Assembly (NCBI RefSeq): GCF_964355755.1 | Contig: NC_092670.1 | Span: 15,300,795-15,364,794 of the forward strand | Length of the DNA: 64,000 bases | Source: Antedon mediterranea | Taxonomy: Eukaryota > Animalia > Echinodermata | Direction: 5' to 3' | Part shown: positions 13,082-24,709 of the stretch, in pieces | How the letters are laid out: every line of letters begins with the position of its first letter | Position numbering within the stretch: position 1 is the stretch's first letter | Translations under genes and position numbers: made by a program | The notes under the pieces: model-generated | The model's database searches: none | Told to the model about the DNA's origin: nothing | Seen by the model: only the letters and a program-made list of their open reading frames with translations

Positions 13082-14023
13082 AGGTGTAGTAGATACCTTC
13101 ATATTTGTACTGAGACTAAATGTATTTTCCTACTTTAGAAGAAAGAAGGAACTGATTTGGTGGAGGCCTCTATATTTATAGAAAATGCGTGTGAGGTGAT
13201 TCAATAATTTACACAAGGCAGCCAAGTAAAGTTGCAACACGATTTGTTCCGATTGGAATCAATTAACAGTTCAATCCTTCTCAGCTAAATTGAGGGACCT
13301 TCCTCAAGGACTAAAGGGTCTCTGCCAAGTTTAGTATTCTACTACCTATATAATTAGAGGCCTTTCGGGCAAAATAATAGGACAATGCTGTAATTTTACT
13401 TTCCTATTGTTTATTTTCTCCCAATAGAATGTTTCTCCACGGTAATGGGGTGCTGCTTGCGTTGTCTGAGAAAGTGCACATAGTAACACCAATAAACCCA
13501 CCAATCGCATAGTGAATCAAGCTTTAGGCCTACATATATTAAAAACATGAATCAAAATACTTTAAATGTATTCCACCACAAATAGTAACAAAATTTGTGT
13601 TGTCAATATGTTGTTTAAGTCAAGTACATGTGTAGTAGACATTCTATGCATTATTTAATATTAGCCCAAAGTAGCCATATATCATACAATGACCGTATAA
13701 ACAGTGATACCTTTCTGCGTCCTACCATCCAATTATTAAATTATTAATAATAATTCAATTCAATTTATTCCGGATTTTACAAAACATACAATAACACATG
13801 CACCACACATGCTAGACCCGGGGGACTCCTTCAGCGAACTCAATCGCTTTCGATGGAACGTCTTAGTCTGCAGTGACACACTTTTACAAATTTTAAATAA
13901 CTAAAATTAATATGTCACTTTATTAAGTCCCAGATCCGAGGGAATCTAATTAATGTACTGTTAAAGAAAGCATTAGTTCTAGATTTGGTGTGTGAATTTT
14001 AGGTGATCAAAACTATATATTAA

Positions 14024-14070
14024 ATCAGGGAGTTGTAAAATAAATTTTTCTTATTTTACAACTCCCTGAT
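14024..14070. repeat. Perfect 20-bp inverted repeat (collapsed MITE)
   Basis: atcagggagttgtaaaataa / ttattttacaactccctgat with a 7-nt loop; a shorter version occurs at ~46592-46617. Confidence 0.65.
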
Positions 14071-14845
14071 TAAATTAACAAAGTATGTCAATAGATTATT
14101 CGTAATTCGGTTCGTTAAATCATTATTAGGGCCGATTGGCTGAGTTTGTGCGAGTCTCTCGGGGCCGTGTTCACTCGGGCCTTACATAAACTCTCAACCC
14201 GATTCCACATCATTCAACAGCAATAATAATGCCATAGTATAAGTAATTTTGTATGCCTACGTTCTTTAAATAAAGTGTGATGTTAACATTACGAGAAGGC
14301 TACCAGCAATTAATATTGTATTAGAAAATAATACACTTAGCCTTTTCGCTGTTGTAAAAGATTGCCTTCCGGATCACCTCGTCTTGAAAATGTTGCCAAC
14401 GTGGTGGGAGTTATTAGATAGGATAATAGATAGATACACATGGCTCAGTAAATTCCAACATCTTCCGGAAGGTGGTTAATGGCGACGATGACTTCCGCTT
14501 CTTTGCGAGGAAGTCAAGGGGTTATATATTATGATTCTAGTACTCAAGATTAAAGTAATAATAAATTAAATGATTTATCTTGAAAATAACATTTCTTTTG
14601 AAGATTATATTATTACAATGTATAACCCTAAACCAGCCTGTTAGTAGCGATGATTGATCGCTGTTGGTCGGGAATGAAATACGGTGCGTAGGTCGTAGGT
14701 TGTCCAAATTTTAACTGTCACATCGGGTGTCATATATATATAAATACAGAACTCAACATTTGTTACTTCTCAAAACATTTATTTCACACAAAAGAAAAAA
14801 AACACATTCGGTTATCAGATAATACTTTAGAATTTCATTCGTTTA

Positions 14846-17800
14846 TTACATTCTAAATGTCATGAATGTATCGCTTTCTTCTTCAAAGTTTCCGATACTT
14901 CGGCGACGTCTGGAGCAGTTACCACGCTTGAGGTCAGCACAACGTGAACTACTTGCTCCAGGTTTACACGATACCATCTTACATTTCACAAATACCTAGA
15001 AAAAAAATGTATCATTTTGTAACTAGTTTGCTTTTCACTTAGGCCCTAGTAGTGTTCGCCTTCAGTCTAAATCGATCTGTTTTATTATATTCACAGCCAG
15101 GTAGCCTAAAATAGCAAATCTCAGCTAGTATCTTTTAGTTGTAGCATATTTGGGTCAGTCTTGACAACGGTAATACAAATATGTCTTTCCACCAATATCC
15201 CATTAACCCACCCTTTTCCTTGGATTATGGCCCTAGTTTAAATATAGTGTTTGATTATAAGCCAATTTTGATAACAGTAATTGTTATCGCTATCTTACCT
15301 CGTTAGTTAAGCCATATTGCAGGAATCCAAATGATTTAATAGAGAAACGGTGATCCAAACCAGAAGGAATAAAACTGACGGATGAATCTACACCACACCT
15401 AAATAATCAAGAAAGAAGAGAATTATTTGTTATTTATTATACTGTATAATAATGTGCTATTCTATAGACACTGTTGAACATCATAGCCGTGTCATGTGTT
15501 CGTATATTATTGCTGGAGCATTTACAACCATTTTTAGGCTTATATGAAACGCCAGGAAAACAAAAAAGAACATCCACAAAACAGAACATTACCGGTAGGT
15601 TAAACACTTCATTTTACACCTTTTTACATCTTATGTACACCAAGCGCTGCATAAGTCGTACCAATCTCCCATTCCATCTTTATGTTCGAAAATATTGGAC
15701 AACTAGTTCACATAGTTACCAAGTCAAGCCAATCAAAACATTTTATTTCTTTTTTCTTATATTGAAATTATATTAATACAATTAATATTCATTTCGTCAA
15801 AAGTAGCAGGATCAATAGATAGTACAGGTAATTTGTTTTAATGTAATAATTAGCTAAATGAGTAAACAAATGATGAGAAAATTAGATACATAGTGAACAT
15901 CTTACCCGTTTTCAATGAACGTGTATTTCTTGTCATTCTCTGTGCATGTTCCAAATTTAGCCATTGCTCTGCAGCTTTCGATGGCAACGTCCTTCGAAGA
16001 GGTGCTCTTTGCAGAAAAGTACAATGTTTCTTTAAGTTCAACTGATGCAGTTCCAGTGATGTCTTTGTTGTAACTTGAGTCTTCATACATCTTAAGATAA
16101 GTCTTAAACTCTCCAGTTGCTTTGTATTTTTCAGGGTTAACGGCTGCTACTGGTTTGAAGAATACGTCATTAACACCAACTCCTCTCATTTCACAAATAA
16201 TTTGCATCTCAATCTTATGCTTTGCTCGGGTTACTGGTGCACCTGGAAAGATTGGTTTGGGGTCGTCTCGGATTGTGTTGAAGAATTTAGTTTTTGATTT
16301 TGATGAACGCTGGAGAAGAAAAAAAAACGATTTATACAAACATGTTTTAAACAAATGCATTCTTAATAACATACATTATAGGCTACATTAATATTTATAT
16401 AACTATCAACAACTGTACAGAGTTCAGTTCATTTGATGTCAATTTCCACACATATAAAAATAAGAGACGAAGCTATAACTAGATTCCATTATTAGATAAT
16501 TGTTACACAGTGGCCAATAAAAAAACATTTAAAATTGTTAAATGTATTAATAGCACGTTGATACCTTAATGATAGTTCCGCACTCGTCATAGCCAAACTC
16601 AATCTGGTAGTACATTGGGTCATTGTCCTCAATTTTGCATCTTGTGTCATGAAGGTGAAGCTCACTTGCTGGAATGTTATTCACGTACGTTTTAGGGATG
16701 CGGACTTTTATGTAAGAATCACCACATTCTACTTCTGGCTCTGGTGGCTTAGCTGCAAAAACAATCAGAGTTTGATACATTATACGATAGGCCTATGTAT
16801 TTGGAACAATACAATAACATTTTTGATTTTCGTTGCATACTTGCTATTTCTTATAGATGACAAATTTTGTTTTTGTAAAAGCACAAGTTAACGGAGTACT
16901 TACTCGAACGTTTCGATCTCTATCAGAGATCATTCTCAACTGACTGCGGAGTGTTAATGCTATTTCTTGTTTTCATTAAGACGCAGCGCAAGAACGCAAA
17001 ACTAATCATTGAATTATTGCTTCCCATTGGTCAACTCACTTGCACTGCGCTTAGTCTCTCCGTTGCGTTCTACAGTAGGCTATAATGGGAACCAAGCTTT
17101 CGCTCTTCTGTTGCGTCCTGGTGGGAACCAAACTTTACGCCCTTTCGTTGCTTCCTGGTTGGAACCAAGCTTTACACCCTTGCGTCGCGTCCTAATGGGT
17201 ACAAAACTTTACGCCCTTTTGTTGCGTCCTGGTTGGGATCAAGGTTTACGTCCTTGCGTCGCGTACTGATGAGAAACAAGCTTTAAGCTACGTCATTGAG
17301 TCCCGTCCTAATGGGAACCAATCTTTACGCCCTACCGTTGCGTCCTGGTGGGAAGTAAGCTAAATTTTTTTTACATCAGGTGAGCTACTATACTTACGTA
17401 TTTTAAAGTTATACATTGCGGTATCACTGACAGCCTTGGCGCTTCGGCCACATGGGGTTGTCCAGACTCGTTCACCAAACCCTGATTCAACAAAAACCAC
17501 ATAGCCTTTGCCTCCTTCAAGTCCAGATGGCGCAGGGTATTGAACAATCGTTGGATCACTATCTGGGAACCTGACTACGTCATTATCAAGAGCATTATAC
17601 TTGGCAACTACATCTCCTTGCATGTCTTGGATCTTGATGAGTGCCTTGGTTTTTGGACGTGTAACCTATAAAATGCAGTGATAGGCCTAAGTATTTGTCT
17701 ACACTATCAATTACATTTTGATAGTATTCATGTCCGATACTTTTTATAATTTAACAACCGTGAGCAATTCATGTCTTGAAAAAAATAATTCTTTAGATAT

Positions 17801-20800
17801 CTTTAACTGTAATTTCTCTCAATTGAAATGTATTATTAATAAAATTTAAATAATCTTATTTACATTTTTGTATATATTTATATTGGCTTATATTTTATAG
17901 TTTAGTTATTTTATTTTTAACCTGTTATTGGTGTTTTACACTGTTGACTTGAAATAAAGAATAAAGAAAAAACAGAATAAAGAAAAACATTTTCTTATTT
18001 TCCTAAATAGCCCCCATAACTAAAACTAACCCTCCAAATAATCTCTCCGAACTATATAAAAAAAAGGTAGAAACTGAATGACATGGTCAGTCGGAAATAG
18101 TAACATGTATGATATTTAATGTATTTATCATGACTTCTGCACTAAAACGTTTGAAAAACAAATACTGTTATCGGATCTTTGCTATATTTACCAATCTTTT
18201 AAACCGTGGATACTCTACATTACTTACGGGTGAATCAAATTTGATTTTCCAAAATGCATCTGTTCCCTCGTACTCAGAGTTGACAACTGGGGTAGACTGC
18301 TCTGATAGAATAACAGGAGGAGATACTTGTTGTTCGAAGGGAAGACCGTCCGCTAAACCAGTAATAAAAGCACAGAAAACAAACAGTGTCATAAGGAACA
18401 ACCAAGAGTTGTAATCTCAGATGAATGATTAATCGTGTGATATCTCTGACCATGTTTAAAGAAATCTAGTAAATGGTTCCAAAGCTTTTTTAAAATGATA
18501 TAAACAAAATAACAATAAATAATAATAGCAAATACAAATACTGTTAACAAGACCAGAGCAATCAAAGTTGCGACCTCTGTTAGAGGTAAAACGGTGAACG
18601 CATCCAATTAAAAGTGTGCGTACAAATGTGCGTGCGAATAAGTATGCGCATCCACGGGAATGTACGTATTGCTTTAAACAGTCTGTACACTTTGATTAAA
18701 AATAATTGATTAAAATTAACTAATAATCTTACCTGATACAATCAAACGTCCAGACTTAGGATCATTTTGAACACTGCAAGTTAATTGAATGTATTCAATG
18801 TTAAACATTACTTTTTATTTTGTATTTTATTAATTTCGACAAAAACGTACAAAAATAAAAATTAATATCAAAATTTTTACACCATAACAAAGTGAATTAT
18901 TTGAGAGACTCCTCTACTTTTTTTAAATTAAAATTTAATAACAATAAATAAATAACAATAGCATTTAAGCCGATTGATACAAGTAACGATTGCTCCATGC
19001 GCATGCGAAATGAATGTCATCTGATCTTGGCTCGTATGTCTAGGCCTACTTACCCATTCTCATCAGTAGCTGTAAAACTGAACACATAGGTCCCTTCTGT
19101 TTCAGGTGTAAAAGACAGTTTTGCTTTGACAACCTTTTTTCTTGGTTCTGAACCTTTAACGTATGACATTGTCATTCCACTTGGATAACTGCCTTGGATT
19201 TCAGTTATACTGAAATTAAGTAAGGTCAACATTATTGTGGAGTGTGCTATTTATTATTATCTTATCATGATAATATAATATTTTTACTTACTTACTTTAC
19301 TTACTTTTAAATATTCCTATTCTTAATAGGCAATATTTTATAATTAATAAAAATATTAGGCACATACATTGATGCATCTGAGCCCTTTTGTATCGAAGCA
19401 GTGACCTCACTATCCCACGTTTCTCCGGGTGCAATCACGCTGCACTCCTCGAGGTCAATCTTTGGTCCTACACATGATCCGGCTAGTGAAGAGAAACGAA
19501 TTGAAATAATATTATACGTAGAATCGGATATGTTTTAAGCCTATTACATATTGTGCATATTTATAATTCATTTTTTAACATTATTTCTTTATGTGATAAC
19601 ACTTTCAGTATCGCAGTTATGACTTTAAAATGTAGATCAAAGATAATAAGATTAACTTGAAAAAATGAATAAAATGTTCACAGTTAAAATGATTAATAAA
19701 ACGCAGAATAAGAATTAAATGGTGTTGAATTTTCGTTGAATTTGGTTGTTATTCTTACGGTTAAATAATAAGAAAAATAATACGATTGAGGAAACAATTT
19801 CATCTGGTTTAGATTTAGTAAGAGGTAGAGATAGAGTTCATAAATTCTAAACCACTGGAAAACATTGTTATTAAATAACGTTTACAAAGGTTGTTTTTAT
19901 AAAAAGCATCAAATCATTCAATATGTACATTATTATAATTAATCTCAATATTATACAGAGATGCAAACTATATACGTTGTTTGCGAGATGTTCGTTCCTA
20001 ACCTCAGCCGTTTATTGTATGTACTGTATTACGATTTTTTAACAACACAGCACCTTCACAGTCTTCCGTTCCATGTAGCAGAACGAGTGTGAATATAGCT
20101 TTAGTGTCAGTGAATAACACTATTAAGCTTGGTTCTCACTAGAGACCCAACGAAAGGACGTACAGTAGACATAACGCAGGTAAGTTGACCAATGACAAGC
20201 GACTGTTCGAATAACCGGGCCATTGCTTGTGATTGGTCAAATTACTTACGTTGCGTTACGTCCTTGCGTTGCGTCCCTAGTGGGAACCAGGCCTTAGATT
20301 TAACTTACGTGCTGTTACGTCAAGAAGAAATTGGAATGGAACTGTGCTCTTAGCTTTCCTGTAAGTTTTATCAGGAAAATCTTCGATCATAACAGAAGCG
20401 CCATACCACCCTTGTAAATCATCTTCTCCAGTAATAAACTCGATCTTGCATTCTTCCTAAAATTAAGAAAACAATTTATGTTTACACTATATACTTGCAA
20501 CCTGCTACTAGAATGTTTTTGATTGGTAGCTTTTCCATAACTTTTCGAACGCGCCAATCTCCAAAACCATATACCTGATAAAGTTTGGTCAATGACGTTG
20601 CCCGTCCACATACACGGTTAACATCATTGCTATCTCGACCCTCTGGGCATTCATCATCATTTGCCCATCGACATTTTGTCGGGTCTCCGTCTCCATCAGT
20701 GGCTGAAAGATTAAGATGATGAAAATAATGTGATGCGTTGATATATTTCGCCTAATCGTTATCTTGTTCTAAAAGACATTTTCTTTTTCGGAGAGAGGAC

Positions 20801-22005
20801 AAATTGTTCCTTAATAATATAATATTTATACCACTATTCCTAACACTTACGGTTAAGGTCGATAAGTCTTTTGCAACCATGTCTGACTCTATAAACTGGT
20901 AAACCGGCTTGGACTTGTGGAGAGTCGTTTTTTATCGAAGTGTCAACTTTGGTCAAAAGTGACCAACACTTTCCAGCACCGTAATTTTCAAGCTTAATCC
21001 AGCTACTGTCGGTACACGTGTCAATTGTCTTGAATCTTAAAAAAAATGCTTAATAATAAAATGAAGATTATTCGTAGGCCTACAGCTTAAAATTCAGAAA
21101 GAGGTAATGAGCTTACATTTATGCGTGTAATTCTCCATAATTGATGTGTACACTGAAATAATAATAAAATTACTTACGCCATAGTGAATTCTTTACGGTC
21201 TGCCATATAATCAACTTGTCCATCTAGAAGACTCCACCCCATTTCTTGTGAAATTGAGGTACATTTTAGTTTCAGTGGGGTTAAGATGGTCGTGTTGGTA
21301 CCACAATCGATACATGTTAAAGCAAGAAGGTTTTCGGCAATCAGGTTGTCTCCTACTTCGTTGCAATAGTATTCTGGGTAATAGTTAATCAACTGGAAAG
21401 ATAGACGCCAGAAAACGCGTATCTATTGAAAACAAATTCACATCATAATCAGGAATTATAACAAAATAATAATAATAATACTTTTTACTTTGGACGCAAG
21501 TATTTTGACCAATCACAACGTGATGGAGCAATGTTTCGGCAATCAGTTTGGCTCCTATTTCATTGCAATAGTATTCTGGGTAATCCGTTGTCAGTTTGAA
21601 AGATAGACGCCAGTAAACACGGATCTATTGACAAAAAGACTTTATATTACTTAGCCATATCAACACATATCCACAATTTACATATCAAGTGTTATATTAC
21701 TAAAAGCAAAATTTATTTGACTTTTATTCTAATAATTGATCCTGTCAAAGTTATTCTACTGCAGTTACTGCAGTAACTACGTTCTTCAGTGCAATAACGA
21801 ATGATTTTATTTCAATTTTCAGGGTCATGAGGAGAAAGAAGATGTTTGAGAAAGGTAAAAATAACAAACGACTAGAAAGTAATAAAAATCATACAGGTAC
21901 CTTAGCTTTTCCGAGTCTTTTATAGTAGAACGTACCACCACGGTAGTGAGTAGCGTACACCTCAGCTACCATAAACGCCATCGCTAAGAGCACCAAAGTT
22001 CTCAT
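14846..22005 (-). CDS. Secreted ZP-domain protein (signal peptide, HYRGG-type domain, Ig-like module, ZP domain, furin site), paralog B, ~785 aa
   Basis: Exons 22005-21901, 21422-21178, 21035-20851, 20702-20575, 20456-20309, 19482-19368, 19209-19054, 18773-18733, 18352-18228, 17665-17398, 16752-16565, 16309-15906, 15398-15299, 14995-14846 total 2358 nt, open throughout. ZP-N: VECGDSYIKVRIPK...LHLHDTRC...FGYDECGT. ZP-C: ETLYF...IESCRA...FIENGC...RFSIKSFGF...VFVKCKMVSC. Then CSRRRR|S. AATAAA overlaps the stop. Confidence 0.9.
17085..17355 (+). repeat. Degenerate ~38-bp tandem array built from the MITE terminus (tgggaaccaagctttacgccc..gttgcgtcct)
   Basis: About 7 units directly following a MITE-like segment at ~16980-17100. 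Confidence 0.75.
20125..20294. mobile_element. MITE, AAGCTTGGTTCCCACTAG family
   Basis: aagcttggttctcactag ... ctagtgggaaccaggcctt; same family as 7857-8040. Confidence 0.75.
21527..21624 (-). pseudogene. Truncated duplicate of the 5' part of paralog B coding exon 2
   Basis: Own acceptor (tgtcaatag) then IRVYWRLSFKLTTDYPEYYCNEIGAKLIAETLL, versus the true exon IRVFWRLSFQLINYYPEYYCNEVGDNLIAENLL; cut off by MITE-like sequence. Confidence 0.75.
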
Positions 22006-22674
22006 GATTACCTGAGCAAAATATAAAAAAAATCAACCATAAAAATGATTACATTGCCTATATTTTACTTATTTGCACAAAATAAAAAATAACCTTTTTT
22101 TATTCATCAATCTGGATGGCAATTATTTTGAAAATTATTATGGAAAGGAAATTGTAATTAAGGGAACTGCGCATATATAACCTTTATAACAAATCGGAAA
22201 AACATACATTTATAATTAGAAAAAATTCACGTAATGTTGTGAACATGTATTGGTATAATTTATTACCGATAAATAGAAACGATGTTTACACAGAATAATA
22301 TAAGTATAATCCGGATAAATAACCAAACCCGAAGCCCTACGAGAGTTATTAGGAAAAACCTTTAAATTTGATTTAAAAGCAAAGATACGCAGGCCAAATA
22401 TAAAGCCAAAGAAACTTGAGAAGGTATATAGAATGAATTTCTCCATTGTAGAAAGTTTCTGAATCTGAATCTGATATTTTATTATAATGTTCACCCGATT
22501 CTTGGTGTTGTATCATTTAGATTTCTCTAGTATCATAGAATTGATAATACAATAAAACTCGATTCATGGTGCAAAATATCAAGTCGCTCAATGTATTAGA
22601 AGTTTATAGAAATAATATAAAGAAACAATGGAGTGAAAAATCTATAGACGAGTTATTGGCTTGCTGTTGGATAA

Positions 22675-22951
22675 AGCCTGGTTTCCATAAAATCGCTACA
22701 TGACAGAGCGGTAGCGATTCTATGGAAACGCTAGAATTTATCGGGGATCTAGTACGCGAGGGCTAAATATTCTTTATTTGGTACGCGTGTACGATTCATC
22801 GCCGACACAATCGGCAAAGTTCAACCATGTTCAACTTTGCCGATTGTGACTGCGATGAATCGGCGGGGAGCCTTCCCGATTGCGTCGGTGACATCTGCGA
22901 GTGTAGCGATTTTAATGGAAACGCTGTAGCGATTTTAATGGAAACCAGGCT
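22675..22951. mobile_element. MITE, TIR AGCCTGGTTTCCAT..AATCGCTAC
   Basis: Terminal inverted repeats, TAA flanks on both sides, long internal hairpin; second copy at 52997-53262. Confidence 0.85.
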
Positions 22952-22980
22952 TAATGGTTGAACAAAAAAAGAGAACTTAC

Positions 22981-23061
22981 CTTTGTACGTTCTTGTTTAC
23001 AAGAAGCAGCTCTTCGACAGAAACTATGAGCAAACGTTAAAGGTTCAGCAATGTTTATATA
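22981..23061 (-). promoter_or_regulatory. TATA box, Inr-like site and non-coding exon 1 of paralog B
   Basis: TATATAAA (23061-23054), CTCATAGTT about 30 nt downstream, then AAG|GTAAGT donor at 22981. Confidence 0.6.
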
Positions 23062-24709
23062 CATTCAGTCACGGCTATAGGGTATCAAATTTAGCCAAAA
23101 TATCTGTCTAGATAATTATGTTCATAAAGTAGCGTTATTAATGTTTTGCGCATGATTAAGTTTAATTAGGAACATCAATTATTAAACAGAGAATTGTTAC
23201 ATTATTAAGACAAAAGTTAAGTGATCTCTCCCTGGTTTGATTAATAGACTGCAGGTTCTCGTGTATTATTCGTGCAAAAATCGATCGAAGACCCGTTTTC
23301 AGACAATTCATTCGTTTTGAACATTAGCCTATAATTGTTGGTTAAGTTGTGTAAGATTTTCTTTACTTTGAAACACGTGTGTTAGGGCCAAATTATCTTA
23401 TTTTTGAAAAGGTTTTGTTTTTTACATGCAATTTTAAATCGGAAAGAATTTGGGAACTTTAAGCCTACATTGACTTTATATTTTCAGAGAGACTCATAGC
23501 TTGGAAAGAGTTGGTTGACCTTGTAGAAGTGTTTACTTTGTACGATAGGATCTAACTTTTTACACTTATTCATCTCAAATTAAAGTACAGTACGTTTGTC
23601 ATTTATTTATTTTTTTTATTTATTTATTTATTCAATTCAATCACTAAAATGTACATAAGCCTACGTATATAACAGACATTTATTGAAGGATGAGGCCAGC
23701 ATGGTAAACACCTCCAAAATAAATAAATTCATGTGGATAAGACGTTCAAATGAAGATACAAGCAGTACAACAAGATAAAAAAGATATTTTCGTCTCAACC
23801 ATAAGTCTTATTCTGGATGGCATCCATAAACATATAATATGATACTATTATAATGAAGATATTATAAAACTAAAGTGTATGTTATGTATTGATATTTTTT
23901 TTCTATTAAAAATTGTATTTTTATTTTTAAAATCATTGTTGTATGTATGTGTTTATTTGAATAAAGTGATTGGTCAAACTGAAAATGAAAGAAAGTATTT
24001 TACTATTAGATTTTTTTTTTCAATATTCAAACAACATTTATTAGTCATAATTACTCGGGTGTTCTAAAACCTTAGTGAACTTAATGTTTAAATATTCAAC
24101 ATCCTTATTAAAAAGGTTCGATCAAAACACATGTTAACTTAATTAATAATCAGAACGGATAATTAACTGAACTGAATTGAAACCTAATCCCAAATATATA
24201 ATACTTAATTTAAACTAAGCTTATTAGCAACTCCCTAACCAATAACAACAGATCAATTACTTTATAATCACAAGTGCTATACCGGGTTGATGTGAAAACA
24301 ATAATTTGCTAACGTCAACAAAAAAAACGTAATATCAGAATTTCATTATAGGCTGTAAATTATACAGTTGAATAGTACCACCGCTTCATCAATTTTGTTT
24401 ATCAAAGTCTATACATCCCGGATGTAGGCCGTGATATGTGTAATATTTTGTCTTTCTTTAACCGGTTACAATACATCATAGGCCTATCATGCTGGCGTAT
24501 AAACAATTTCTAGTTAAACATCTATATTGTGAATAATAATGACCCACCATCAAAAAATACATGTATATTCGTAAGGTTGTTTTTTGTGCTGGTGGACTAT
24601 TTCAATAACATTATTATCATAACTGTATAGTCAATAGGCCTGTTTGTAGAGGCAAAGCACGCGTGAAAATTGTGTAAATCTAGCTCTCATTTGAACATTT
24701 TGGACTATT

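Noticed and set aside
17085-17355. CRISPR-like repeat arrays here and at 53729-57534
   Set aside because: Head-to-tail tandem units with no unique spacers, no cas genes, eukaryotic context.
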